Of a stretch of 64,000 nucleotides of DNA, positions 47,667 through 60,994 are shown piece by piece. The DNA comes from an uncultured Frankineae bacterium (GTDB lineage: Bacteria; Actinomycetota; Actinomycetes; Mycobacteriales; SCTD01): assembly GCA_902805775.1 (NCBI GenBank), contig CADCUB010000052.1, forward strand, positions 2,666 to 66,665. The letters run 5' to 3'. The translations under genes and the position numbers were made by a program. Position 1 is the stretch's first letter, and each line of letters opens with the position of its first letter. Under the pieces are notes generated by a model. That model did no database searches. It had not been told where the DNA came from and worked only from the letters and a program-made list of their open reading frames with translations.

Positions 47667-50351
47667 TCAGGCCGGGCCGGGGCTGTGCAGCCAGATCGTC
47701 GCCAGCGGGGGCACCTGCAGCGTCGTGGACGCCGGCTGACCGTGCCACCCCTGAGAGCCGGCCTCGACCGCGCCGAGGTTGCCGACTCCGCTGCCGTAGT
47801 ACTCAGGAGCGTCGGAGTTGAGCACCTCGGTCCAGGTGCCGGCCCACGGCAGGCCGATCCGGTAGCCCGCGTGCGGGGCGCCCGCGAAGTTCGAGACGCA
47901 CGCGAGCGCCGAGCCGTCGCTGCCGAAGCGCAGGAAGGAGTAGACGTTGCCGGGGGCGTCGTTGGCGTCGATCCAGGAGAAGCCGGCCGGGTCGATGTCC
48001 TGCGACCACAGCGCCGGGGTGTCCTTGTAGACGGCGTTGAGCTGCTTCACGAGCAGCGCGACGCCGCGGTGGTCGGGCAGGTCGAGCAGCCACCAGTCGA
48101 GCGAGCGGCCCTCGCTCCACTCGCTCTCCTGGGCGAACTCCTGCCCCATGAACAGCAGCTGCTTGCCGGGGTGGGCCCACATGAAGCCGAGGTAGGCGCG
48201 GACGTTGGCCAGCTGCTGCCAGCGGTCGCCCGGCATCTTGCGCAGCAGGGAGCCCTTGCCGTGCACGACCTCGTCGTGGCTGATCGGCAGCACGTAGTTC
48301 TCGGCGTAGGCGTAGACCATCGAGAAGGTCATCTGGTGGTGGTGGTAGCCGCGGTACAGCGGCTCGCGGGCCATGTAGTCCAGCGAGTCGTGCATCCAGC
48401 CCATGTTCCACTTCAGGCCGAAGCCCAGGCCGCCCAGGTGCGTCGGCCGGGAGACGCCCGGCCAGGCGGTCGACTCCTCCGCGATCGTCACGACGCCGGG
48501 GGAGCGGCGGTAGACGACCGAGTTCATCTCCTGCAGGAAGGCCACCGCGTCGAGGTTCTCCCGACCGCCGTACTGGTTCGGCGTCCACTGACCCTCCTCG
48601 CGCGAGTAGTCGAGGTAGAGCATCGAGGCGACGGCGTCCACGCGCAGCCCGTCGACGTGGAACTCCTCCAGCCAGTACGACGCGTTGGCGACGAGGAAGT
48701 TGCGGACCTCGCGGCGACCGAAGTCGAAGACGTACGTGCCCCAGTCCATCTGCTCGCCGCGCTTGGGGTCGGCGTGCTCGTACAGCGGGGTGCCGTCGAA
48801 GCGGGCCAGCGCCCACTCGTCCTTGGGGAAGTGGGCGGGCACCCAGTCGACGAGAACGCCGATGCCGGCCGCGTGCAGCCGGTCGACGAAGGAGCGGAAC
48901 TCGTCCGGCGTGCCGAACCGCGCCGTCGGTGAGTAGTAGCCGGTGACCTGGTAGCCCCACGAGCCGCCGAAGGGGTGCTCGGCGACCGGCAGCAGCTCGA
49001 CGTGGGTGTAGCCGAGCCAGCCGACGTACTCGGCGAGCTGGTCGGCCAGCTCGACGTAGGACAGCCCCTGGCGCCACGAGCCGAGGTGGACCTCGTAGAC
49101 GCTCATCGGCGCGGCGTGCGCCGGGGTCCGCTCGCGCTGCGCCATCCAGTCGGCGTCGGACCACGCGTAGGACGACTCGTCGACGACGCTGGCCGTCAGC
49201 GGCGGCACCTCGGTGCGCCGGGCCATCGGGTCGGCCTTCTCGCGCCAGACCGAGTCGACGCCGAGGATCGAGAACTTGTAGCGCGTGCCGGCACCGATGT
49301 CGGGGACGAACAGCTCCCAGACGCCGCTGCTGCCGAGGGCGCGCATCGGGTGGCTGCGGCCGTCCCAGCCGTTGAAGTCGCCCACGACCCGGATGCCGCG
49401 CGCGTTGGGCGCCCACACGGCGAACGAGACGCCGCCGACCTGGCCGTTGGCGCTGTCGTAGCGGCGCACGTGGGCGCCCAGGACCTGCCACAGCTGCTCG
49501 TGGCGCCCCTCACCGATCAGGTGCAGGTCGACCTGCCCGAGCGTCGGCAGGTAGCGGTAGGGGTCGTCGGACGGGTAGGTGCTGCCGTGGTAGGTGACGT
49601 CGAGGCGGTAGTCGGTGACCTGCCCGCCGGGGACGAGCGCCTGCCACACCCCGGCGTGGTGGTGCTCGAGCGGCACCTCGCGGCCCTCGATGCGGGCGAC
49701 GACGCGCTCGGCGTCGGGTCGCAGGGCGCGCACGACGACGCCGCCCTCGACCGGGTGCATGCCGAGGATGCCGTGCGGGTCGTGGTAGCCGCCGCCGGCC
49801 AGGCGCTCGAGCAGCTCGTGGGGCGGGCTGTCGGGCACCGTCGTCGGGCTCGAGTCGGCCGCTGGGCCGGCGGGTCCGGCGGACGTGCCGCTCGACTCCA
49901 GTGCCGGGCTGGGCGGCGGGGCGTCCGACGGCGCGGTGCCGGTGTCGGCGGACGACGCGAGGTCCGCCGGCGGCGCGCCGACCGCCGCAGCCACGGGCTG
50001 CGGCCCGTCCGACGGGGTGTCCTCGAGCGTGCCGGGCCGCGCGTCCGGCGACGACGGCGCGGCGGTGGCCTTGGCCACGGCCTTCGCCACCGACGCGGCC
50101 TTCTTCTTCGCCGCCGACGCCGCCTTCTTCACCACGGGGGCGGGCGACGTGCTCGACTCCGCCTCGGAAGCGCCGGCGTCCTTGCGGGTGGCCGGCTTGC
50201 GGGGCGCCTTGGCCGGCGGAGCCGCCACGTCGTCGGGCGCCACCACCGGCGCGACGGCCTCCGCCGCGGAGGCCGGGTCGGGGGCCGCCGGCACCGCCTT
50301 CTTCCTCGGCGCTCGCTTGCGGGGCGGGAGGCCGCCGGGCGTCTGCGTCAC
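47667..50351 (-). CDS. glgB: 1,4-alpha-glucan branching enzyme with a 177-aa Lys/Ala/Pro-rich N-terminal extension
   Basis: This is the real 3' part of ORF 47667..51662. The canonical GlgB match starts at ..[22 protein letters not shown]... The frame stays open upstream to GTG 50351, which overlaps the pep2 stop (GTGA). An alternative canonical-length start is the GTG at the Val codon (VPDSPP..) six codons upstream of that match. Confidence 0.85.
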   Translation of the reverse strand: MTQTPGGLPPRKRAPRKKAVPAAPDPASAAEAVAPVVAPDDVAAPPAKAPRKPATRKDAGASEAESSTSPAPVVKKAASAAKKKAASVAKAVAKATAAPSSPDARPGTLEDTPSDGPQPVAAAVGAPPADLASSADTGTAPSDAPPPSPALESSGTSAGPAGPAADSSPTTVPDSPPHELLERLAGGGYHDPHGILGMHPVEGGVVVRALRPDAERVVARIEGREVPLEHHHAGVWQALVPGGQVTDYRLDVTYHGSTYPSDDPYRYLPTLGQVDLHLIGEGRHEQLWQVLGAHVRRYDSANGQVGGVSFAVWAPNARGIRVVGDFNGWDGRSHPMRALGSSGVWELFVPDIGAGTRYKFSILGVDSVWREKADPMARRTEVPPLTASVVDESSYAWSDADWMAQRERTPAHAAPMSVYEVHLGSWRQGLSYVELADQLAEYVGWLGYTHVELLPVAEHPFGGSWGYQVTGYYSPTARFGTPDEFRSFVDRLHAAGIGVLVDWVPAHFPKDEWALARFDGTPLYEHADPKRGEQMDWGTYVFDFGRREVRNFLVANASYWLEEFHVDGLRVDAVASMLYLDYSREEGQWTPNQYGGRENLDAVAFLQEMNSVVYRRSPGVVTIAEESTAWPGVSRPTHLGGLGFGLKWNMGWMHDSLDYMAREPLYRGYHHHQMTFSMVYAYAENYVLPISHDEVVHGKGSLLRKMPGDRWQQLANVRAYLGFMWAHPGKQLLFMGQEFAQESEWSEGRSLDWWLLDLPDHRGVALLVKQLNAVYKDTPALWSQDIDPAGFSWIDANDAPGNVYSFLRFGSDGSALACVSNFAGAPHAGYRIGLPWAGTWTEVLNSDAPEYYGSGVGNLGAVEAGSQGWHGQPASTTLQVPPLATIWLHSPGPA

Positions 50352-51687
50352 GGCGTCGCCAGCCGCTCGATGCTGCCCACCGGGATGGGCAGCCAGGCCG
50401 GCCGGTTGCGTGCTTCGTAGACCACTTCGTAGACCGCCTTGTCGAGCTCGAAGGCCCGCAGCAGGACCGCCTCGGAGCGAGGGTCGGTCCCGGCAGCGCG
50501 GGCGTAGCCGTCGCAGAACGCCTGTCGGTTGCGCTCTGCCCATTCGTTCGCGCGGTAGGCGAGCTGGTTGTCGCCGCCGCGCTCGGCGAGCAGGTGCCGC
50601 GCCGCGTAGTCGTAGGAGCGCAGCATGCCCGCCACGTCGCGCAGCGGGCTCATGAGCGCGGTCCGCTCGGCGAGCGGACGGGCCGGCTCGCCCTCGAAGT
50701 CGAGCAGCACCCAGCCGTGCTCGGTGCGCAGCACCTGGCCGAGGTGGTAGTCGCCGTGCACGCGCTGCACCGGCACCGGCTCGGTCAGCGCGCCGACCGC
50801 GTCGTAGGCGGCGCGCAGCGCCGGGGCGTGCGGCTCGAGGTCGGGCACGACGGCGAGGGCGGCGTCGAGCCGCTCGTGCAGCTGGCGTGCGGTGCGGGCC
50901 GACTCGTCGGCGTCGGCGACGCCGCTGGGGAGCACCTCGCGCAGCAGCACGTGCACCTCGGCGGTCGCGGCGCCGAGCCGCTCGGACTCGGCGGCGAAGT
51001 CGCCCCCGACCTCGTCGGCGTGCAGGTCCGCCTCCGCGAACAGGTCGCGGACGCTGGCGGTGGCCATCGCCCAGCCCTCGGTCGAGTTGTGCTGGAAGTC
51101 CTGCAGCAGGCCCAGGGTCGTGGTCCGGCCGCCGACCTGCCCCTCCACCCAGCCCAGGGGCCGGGCGACGTACGGGCTGCCGCCCTCGGCCAGCGCCCGG
51201 GTGATCTCGAGGTCCGGGTTGAGCCCGGGCTGCACCCGGCGGAACAGCTTGAGGATGTAGTCCTCGCCGTAGACGACGGAGGTGTTGCTCTGCTCGGCGC
51301 CCATCACCCGTGACGGCAGGCTCGCGTCCAGCGCCGCCGTGGAGGTGAAGGTCAGGCGGCTGAGCGTGCGGCCCTCCGCGAGCAGCTGCAGCAGGCTGCC
51401 GACGGCCTGGGGGTCGTGGACGGCGTCGTAGAGCACCCGCCCGTCGACCTCGCCGACGACGGCCGCCTTGAGCCGCTGCTCGACCTCCCCGGACCGGTGG
51501 CCGAGCAGCACCTGGTAGAGCTCGGTGCGACCGTCCGCGTCGGTGACGTGCAGCAGCGTGTGCCGCACGTCCTCGCCGCCGGACAGGCGCTCCTCGTGCT
51601 CGACCCGGACCGCCGTGACGGCCGTGCCCTTGCCGCCGTACCAGCGCTGGGTCGGCAACCACTCGCGCAGGACGTCCTCGAGCCGGC

Positions 51688-51691
<4 letters not shown>
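50348..51691 (-). CDS. pep2: maltokinase (Mak/Pep2)
   Basis: ORF 50348..52141 trimmed to GTG 51691 (GTGA overlap with the treS stop). Motifs ..[12 protein letters not shown].., ..[18 protein letters not shown].., ..[12 protein letters not shown]... Confidence 0.85.
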
Positions 51692-55379
<3,688 letters not shown>

Positions 55380-55471
55380 CGCGGCGACCGTACCCAGGTC
55401 CCGGAGCGGGAAGCACGCAGGGTGTCGGGCACGGCACTCCCGGCCCGCGCGGCCGCCCGCACGCCGACCGC

Positions 55472-55477
55472 TAGGCT
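55472..55477 (+). promoter_or_regulatory. candidate -10 hexamer TAGGCT, 8 nt upstream of the glgP GTG (possible leaderless mRNA), in the 106-nt divergent glgE/glgP spacer
   Basis: TANNNT, no SD. Confidence 0.3.
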
Positions 55478-55485
55478 CCGCGCCC

Positions 55486-58077
55486 GTGAGAGCACTCCGC
55501 CGGTTCACCGTCCGACTCGCGCTGCCGCAGCCGCTGGCCCCCCTCGGGGAGCTGGTGATGAACCTGCGCTGGTCGTGGCACCCGCAGTCCCTCGACCTGT
55601 TCCGGTCGGTCGACCCGGCCACCTGGGACGCCGTGGGGCAGGACCCGGTCCGGCTGCTCGGTGAGGTCAGCCCCGAGCGGCTGGCCGCGCTGGCGGAGGA
55701 CGCCGCCTTCCTCGACCGCCTGGCCGCCGCCCACGCCGACCTGCGCGACTACCTCACGACGCCGCGCTGGTACCAGGGGCTGCCCGCCGACCCGGCGACG
55801 GGCGCGCCGCGGTCCATCGCCTACTTCAGCCCCGAGTTCGGCATCACCGAGGTGCTGCCGCAGTACTCCGGCGGCCTGGGCATCCTCGCCGGCGACCACC
55901 TCAAGGCCGCCTCCGACCTCGGCGTGCCGATCATCGGCGTCGGGCTGCTCTACCGCGCCGGCTACTTCAAGCAGTCGCTCAACGCCGAGGGCTGGCAGCA
56001 GGAGCGCTACCCGCCGCTGGACCCGCACGGCCTGCCGCTGACGCTGGTCACCGAAGCCGACGGCGCGCCCGTGACCATCCGCATCGACATGCCGGAGGGC
56101 CGCGTGCTCGCCGCCCACGTCTGGCGGGCGCAGGTCGGCCGCGTGCCGCTCCTGCTGCTCGACAGCGACGTGGAGGAGAACGCCCCCGAGCAGCGCGAGG
56201 TCACCGACCGCCTGTACGGCGGCGGCACCGACCACCGCCTGCACCAGGAGATGCTGCTCGGCATCGGCGGTGTGCGGGCGCTGCGCGCCTGGACCCGCCT
56301 GACCGGCGACCCCGAGCCGGAGGTGTTCCACACCAACGAGGGCCACGCCGGCTTCCTCGGGGTGGAGCGCATCGGCGAGCTCGTCGCCTCGGGCCTGTCG
56401 TTCGACGAGGCCAAGGAGGCCGTGCGCGCCGGCACGGTGTTCACGACCCACACGCCCGTCCCCGCCGGCATCGACCGCTTCCCCCGCGGCCTGATCGGCC
56501 ACTACTTCGGCTCCGGTCCGGGCGACGGCCAGGCGGTCCGGGGCCTGCCGGTCGAGCGGATCCTCGAGCTCGGCGACGAGGCCGACCCGTCGGTGTTCAA
56601 CATGGCCCACATGGGCCTGCGGATGGCGCAGCGCCGCAACGGCGTCGCGCAGCTGCACGGCGTCGTCAGCCGCGGGATGTTCTCCGGGCTGTGGCCGGGC
56701 TTCGACGAGACCGAGGTGCCGATCAGCTCGGTGACCAACGGCGTGCACGCCCCCACCTGGGTCGCTCGCGAGGTGTTCGACCTGGCCCAGCGGGGCGAGT
56801 CGCGCACCGCCACGGACGAGGCGGGGGCCAAGGAGGCGCAGGCCTGGGAGGACATCGCCCGCGTCGCCGACACCGCCCTGTGGTCGACCCGCCGCGTGCT
56901 GCGCGAGCGGCTGGTCGAGGAGGTGCGCCGCCGGCTGAAGGAGTCCTGGCTGCAGCGCGGCGCCACGGAGGCCGAGCTCGGCTGGACCTCGAGCGTGTTC
57001 GACCCCGACGTGCTGACGATCGGCTTCGCGCGGCGCGTGCCGTCGTACAAGCGCCTGACGCTCATGCTGCGCGACCCCGAGCGCCTCAAGAGCCTGCTGC
57101 TCGACCCCGAGCGGCCGGTCCAGCTGGTCATCGCCGGCAAGGCCCACCCGGCCGACGACGGCGGCAAGGAGCTCGTCCAGCACATCGTGCGCTTCGCCGA
57201 CCAGGCCGACGTCCGGCACCGGATCGTCTTCCTGCCCGACTACGACATCGGCATGGCGCGCTACCTCTACGGCGGCTGCGACGTGTGGCTCAACAACCCG
57301 CTGCGCCCGCTGGAGGCGTGCGGCACGTCGGGCATGAAGTCGGCGCTGAACGGCGGGCTCAACCTGTCGATCCGCGACGGCTGGTGGGACGAGATGTACG
57401 ACGGCGAGAACGGCTGGGCCATCCCCACCGCCGACGGCGTGACCGACCCCGACCGGCGCGACGACCTCGAGGCGCAGGCCTTCTACGAGCTGGTCGAGAA
57501 GCAGGTCCGCACCCGCTTCTACGACCGGACCCCCGACGGCGTCCCGGCGCGCTGGATCGACATGGTCCGCCACACCCTGCAGACCACCGGCCCCAAGGTG
57601 CTCGCCAGCCGCATGGTGCGCGACTACGTCGAGCAGCTCTACGCGCCGGCCGCCGTGTCGTCGCGGGCGCTCGCGGCCTCGTCGTACGGCCCGGCCAAGG
57701 ACCTCGCGCGGTGGCGCACGGACGTCGCCGCCCGCTGGCCCGGGGTCCGCGTCGTGCACGTCGAGGCGACCGGCGGCACGGACACGCCGTCGGTCGGGAC
57801 GCGGCTCGAGGTGCGCGCCCTGGTCGACCTCGGCGGCCTGTCGCCCGCCGACGTGACGGTGCAGGCGGCCTACGGGCGGGTGGACGAGGCCGACGAGCTG
57901 CGGTCGCCGTCGTTCCTGCGGCTGACCCAGGCCGGGACCGCCGACGACGGCGTCCACCGCTACGAGGGGGTCGTGCCGCTGGAGCGGGCCGGCTCGTTCG
58001 GCTACAGCGTGCGGGTGCTCCCGCACGCGGACGCCCTCCCGAGCGACGCCGACCTCGCCCTCATGACCACCGCCTGA
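55486..58077 (+). CDS. glgP: alpha-glucan phosphorylase (GT35, actinobacterial long form)
   Basis: ORF 55357..58077 trimmed to GTG 55486. Motifs ..LVMNLRWSWHP.., ..IAYFSPEFG..LPQYSGGLGILAGDHLKAASDLG.., ..EACGTSGMKSALNG... Confidence 0.9.
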   Translation: MRALRRFTVRLALPQPLAPLGELVMNLRWSWHPQSLDLFRSVDPATWDAVGQDPVRLLGEVSPERLAALAEDAAFLDRLAAAHADLRDYLTTPRWYQGLPADPATGAPRSIAYFSPEFGITEVLPQYSGGLGILAGDHLKAASDLGVPIIGVGLLYRAGYFKQSLNAEGWQQERYPPLDPHGLPLTLVTEADGAPVTIRIDMPEGRVLAAHVWRAQVGRVPLLLLDSDVEENAPEQREVTDRLYGGGTDHRLHQEMLLGIGGVRALRAWTRLTGDPEPEVFHTNEGHAGFLGVERIGELVASGLSFDEAKEAVRAGTVFTTHTPVPAGIDRFPRGLIGHYFGSGPGDGQAVRGLPVERILELGDEADPSVFNMAHMGLRMAQRRNGVAQLHGVVSRGMFSGLWPGFDETEVPISSVTNGVHAPTWVAREVFDLAQRGESRTATDEAGAKEAQAWEDIARVADTALWSTRRVLRERLVEEVRRRLKESWLQRGATEAELGWTSSVFDPDVLTIGFARRVPSYKRLTLMLRDPERLKSLLLDPERPVQLVIAGKAHPADDGGKELVQHIVRFADQADVRHRIVFLPDYDIGMARYLYGGCDVWLNNPLRPLEACGTSGMKSALNGGLNLSIRDGWWDEMYDGENGWAIPTADGVTDPDRRDDLEAQAFYELVEKQVRTRFYDRTPDGVPARWIDMVRHTLQTTGPKVLASRMVRDYVEQLYAPAAVSSRALAASSYGPAKDLARWRTDVAARWPGVRVVHVEATGGTDTPSVGTRLEVRALVDLGGLSPADVTVQAAYGRVDEADELRSPSFLRLTQAGTADDGVHRYEGVVPLERAGSFGYSVRVLPHADALPSDADLALMTTA

Positions 58078-58125
58078 CCCCAGGCCGCCCGACCCCGGGC
58101 CGCCCGAGCCCGGGCCGCCGGCTGG
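58066..58125 (+). repeat. 15-nt tandem repeat x4 seeded by the last codons and stop of glgP (ACCACCGCCTGACCC / CAGGCCGCCCGACCC / CGGGCCGCCCGAGCC / CGGGCCGCCGGCTGG)
   Basis: Read directly. Copy 0 contains TGA 58075-58077. In copies 1 and 2 the equivalent triplet is CGA. Confidence 0.6.
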
Positions 58126-58136
58126 TTGAGGCCGCG

Positions 58137-58273
58137 CCTGTCCGCCCGCACCGACGCGTGCGAGGCCCTCGGACGTGGGCCCGGACGGACAGGCTGCGGC
58201 TCCGCGCGGCCTGTCCGTCAGCACCGACCCGTGCGGGGCCGCTGGACGTGGCTCCGGACGGACAAGCTGCGGC
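58137..58273. repeat. two copies (58137-58200 and 58210-58273, 73-nt period) of a 64-nt element with internal stem-loops
   Basis: About 54 of 64 positions are identical by manual alignment. Each copy has an outer 9-bp stem (GCCTGTCCG...CGGACAGGC; one mismatch in copy 2) enclosing two small hairpins. Confidence 0.75.
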
Positions 58274-58300
58274 ACGTCCTTCTGCGACGTGCTCCGGCGG

Positions 58301-58690
58301 TCAGTCGGCCCGACGGGCCAGACCGCGAGCGACCCGACGGGCTCGCTGCTCGAGCACGACCGGCCGCCGCACAGCCTCGTCCCAGGTGAAGCGGAAGACC
58401 TCCTCGCCGCAGTCGCGCAGCCGGTCCTCGCGCAGCTTCTCCTGGCGGAGCGCGGCGAAGTCGGCCGTGCCGTCGGCGCTGCGGTACTTGCTGGACCCGT
58501 CCGCCTCCCCGACGGTGCGGTAGGCCTTCCAGTGGAAGTCGACCCGCCCGATGACCCCGTCCGCGTCGCGCAGCACCACCTGCAGCTCGGGTGGAGGCAG
58601 CTGTGCCTGGTACATCCGCCAGCGCCCGACCGACTCCAGCCCGGACTCCGCGCGGCCGTCGGCGAAGGCGACGTAGTGCCTCGCCTGCAC
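58301..58690 (-). pseudogene. N-terminally truncated DUF559/AbiEi-associated endonuclease-like gene remnant
   Basis: The 129-aa ORF matches only the C-terminal half of the common roughly 300-aa actinobacterial proteins (..ESVGRWRMYQAQLPPPELQVVLRDADGVIGRVDFHWKAYRTVGEADG..). Only about 120 nt remain before glgX, so there is no room for the N-terminal domain. Confidence 0.45.
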
Positions 58691-58809
58691 GCTCCCCGGC
58701 CACCCTCGGAGGCTCGACCACGCCCGCCCTGCTTGTCCGCCCAGACCGACGTCAGGGCCACGCTGCGCCTGCGGTGCGGGCGGACGAGCGCTGGAGGGGC
58801 GCCGCGGCC

Positions 58810-60954
58810 TCAGCGGTGCGAGCGCAGCAGGACCGCCGAGCGGCCCAGGACCGACAGGTCGCTGCCTGCGGGCAGGCCCACCCGGGCCGGGTCGGCCCGG
58901 GGCCGCTCGTCGCGGGTGTCGAGCAGCACGTCGTAGGACGTCGCGTACGGCGCGCCCGGCAGCCGGAAGCGCACGTCGGACGCACCGGTGTGCAGCACCA
59001 GCAGGAAGCTGTCGTCGACCACGCGCTCACCGCGCGGGCCGCGGCTGCGGATGCCCGCGCCGTCCAGGTGCATCCCGAGCGTGCACTGCCCGGGGTCGAA
59101 CCACTCGGCGTGCGTGAGCTCCCGGCCGCCGGCCGTGAACCACGCGACGTCCTTGACGCCGTCGGCGTCGGCCTGTCCCGAGAAGAACGACACCTGCCGG
59201 AAGACGGGGTGCTCCCGCCGCACCCGCAGCAGCGCCGCCGTGAAGGCGTGCAGGTCGCGGGCGTCCTGGGCGAGCTCCCAGGGCTGCCACGACAGCGGGG
59301 AGTCCTGGCAGTAGGCGTTGTTGTTGCCGCGCTGGGTGCGCCGGACCTCGTCGCCCATGGTGAGCATCGGCACGCCCGCGGACAGCAGCAGCGTGGTGAG
59401 CAGGTTGCGGGCCTGACGGCGGCGCAGGGACAGGACCGCCTCGTCGTCGGTGTCGCCCTCGACGCCGCAGTTCCAGGACCGGTTGTCCGACGAGCCGTCC
59501 CGGCCGTCCTCGCCGTTGGCCTCGTTGTGCTTGACGTCGTAGGCGGTCAGGTCGTGCAGGCAGAAGCCGTCGTGAGCGGTCACGAAGTTGACCGACGCCC
59601 ACGGCTGGCGTCCCGGGCCGGAGAACAGGTCCGACGAGCCCGACAGGCGGTAGGCGAGCGAGCGCATGTCGCCGCGTCCGCGCCAGGCATCCCTCACGGT
59701 GTCGCGGTAGCGGTCGTTCCACTCCGCCCACGGCCGCGGGAAGCGCCCGACCTGGTAGCCGCCCGGCCCCACGTCCCACGGCTCGGCGATCAGCTTGACG
59801 CCGGACAGCACCGGGTCCTGCTGCAGCACCTGCAGGAAGGCCGACCCCGGGTCGAAGTCGTGCTCGCCCCGGGCCAGCGCGGTGGTGAGGTCGAAGCGGA
59901 AGCCGTCGACGTGCATCTCGGTCACCCAGTAGCGCAGCGAGTCGGCGACCAGCTGCAGCACGTGCGGCGCCCGCAGGTCCAGGGTGTTGCCGGTGCCCGT
60001 GACGTCCCAGTAGCGGCGGCGGTCCTGCGCGGGCAGGCGGTAGTAGCCCTGGTTGTCCAGGCCGCGGAACGACAGGGTCGGGCCGTGCTCGTCGCCCTCC
60101 CCGCTGTGGTTGTAGACGACGTCGAGCAGCACCTCGAGGCCCGCCCGGTGCAGCGCGCGGACCATCGCCTTGAACTCGCGGACCTGCTCGCCCCGCGAGC
60201 CGGCGGCCGCGTAGTCGGCGTGCGGGGCGAAGAAGCCGACGGTGTTGTAGCCCCAGTAGTTCGTGAGCCCGCGGCGCAGCAGGTGCGGCTCGCTGACGAA
60301 GTGGTGCACCGGCAGCAGCTCGACGGCCGTGACCCCCAGCCCCAGCAGGTGCTCGACCGCGGCCGGGTGCGCGAGTCCGGCGTACGTCCCGCGCAGGTGC
60401 TCGGGCACGCCCGGGTGGCGGGCGGTGAAGCCCTTGACGTGCATCTCGTACACGACCGTCTGCGGCCACGGCGTGCGCGGCGGGCGGTCGTCGCCCCACG
60501 GGAAGGCGTCGTCGACGACCACCGACCGAGGGACGTACGGCGCGCTGTCGCGCGCGCCCGCGCGGCCGGGAGCGGACGCGAAGACGGCGTCGTCGAGCAC
60601 GAGCCCGCCCTGCAGCGCCCGGGCGTACGGGTCGACCAGCAGCAGGCTCGGGTCGTGGATGAGCCCCTGCGCGGGGTCGTACGGCCCGTCGATTCGGTAG
60701 CCGTAGCGCTGGCCGGGGCCGACGCCGGGCAGGTAGCCGTGCCAGACGGCGCCGGTCGACTCCTCGAGCGGGATGCGGGTCTCGACGCCGGCCTCGTCGA
60801 ACAGGCACAGCTCGACCGCCTGCCCGGTGGCCGTGGCGACCGCGAAGGCCGTCCCCTCGCCGTCCCAGGTGGCGCCCAGCGGGGACGGGGCGCCCGGCCA
60901 GGGCCGAGGACGGGACGACGGGGCGGTGACCACGCAGCGATCCTGCCCGATCAC
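58810..60954 (-). CDS. glgX: glycogen debranching enzyme
   Basis: 714 aa, GTG start. Motifs ..PLGATWDGEGTAFAV.., ..VVYNHSGEG.., ..GFRFDL.., ..EPWD.., ..FVTAHDGF... Confidence 0.95.
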   Translation of the reverse strand: MIGQDRCVVTAPSSRPRPWPGAPSPLGATWDGEGTAFAVATATGQAVELCLFDEAGVETRIPLEESTGAVWHGYLPGVGPGQRYGYRIDGPYDPAQGLIHDPSLLLVDPYARALQGGLVLDDAVFASAPGRAGARDSAPYVPRSVVVDDAFPWGDDRPPRTPWPQTVVYEMHVKGFTARHPGVPEHLRGTYAGLAHPAAVEHLLGLGVTAVELLPVHHFVSEPHLLRRGLTNYWGYNTVGFFAPHADYAAAGSRGEQVREFKAMVRALHRAGLEVLLDVVYNHSGEGDEHGPTLSFRGLDNQGYYRLPAQDRRRYWDVTGTGNTLDLRAPHVLQLVADSLRYWVTEMHVDGFRFDLTTALARGEHDFDPGSAFLQVLQQDPVLSGVKLIAEPWDVGPGGYQVGRFPRPWAEWNDRYRDTVRDAWRGRGDMRSLAYRLSGSSDLFSGPGRQPWASVNFVTAHDGFCLHDLTAYDVKHNEANGEDGRDGSSDNRSWNCGVEGDTDDEAVLSLRRRQARNLLTTLLLSAGVPMLTMGDEVRRTQRGNNNAYCQDSPLSWQPWELAQDARDLHAFTAALLRVRREHPVFRQVSFFSGQADADGVKDVAWFTAGGRELTHAEWFDPGQCTLGMHLDGAGIRSRGPRGERVVDDSFLLVLHTGASDVRFRLPGAPYATSYDVLLDTRDERPRADPARVGLPAGSDLSVLGRSAVLLRSHR

Positions 60955-60994
60955 CCGGCGAGGTCCTGCGCCGCGGCGTCCCGGCGCCGGCGGC

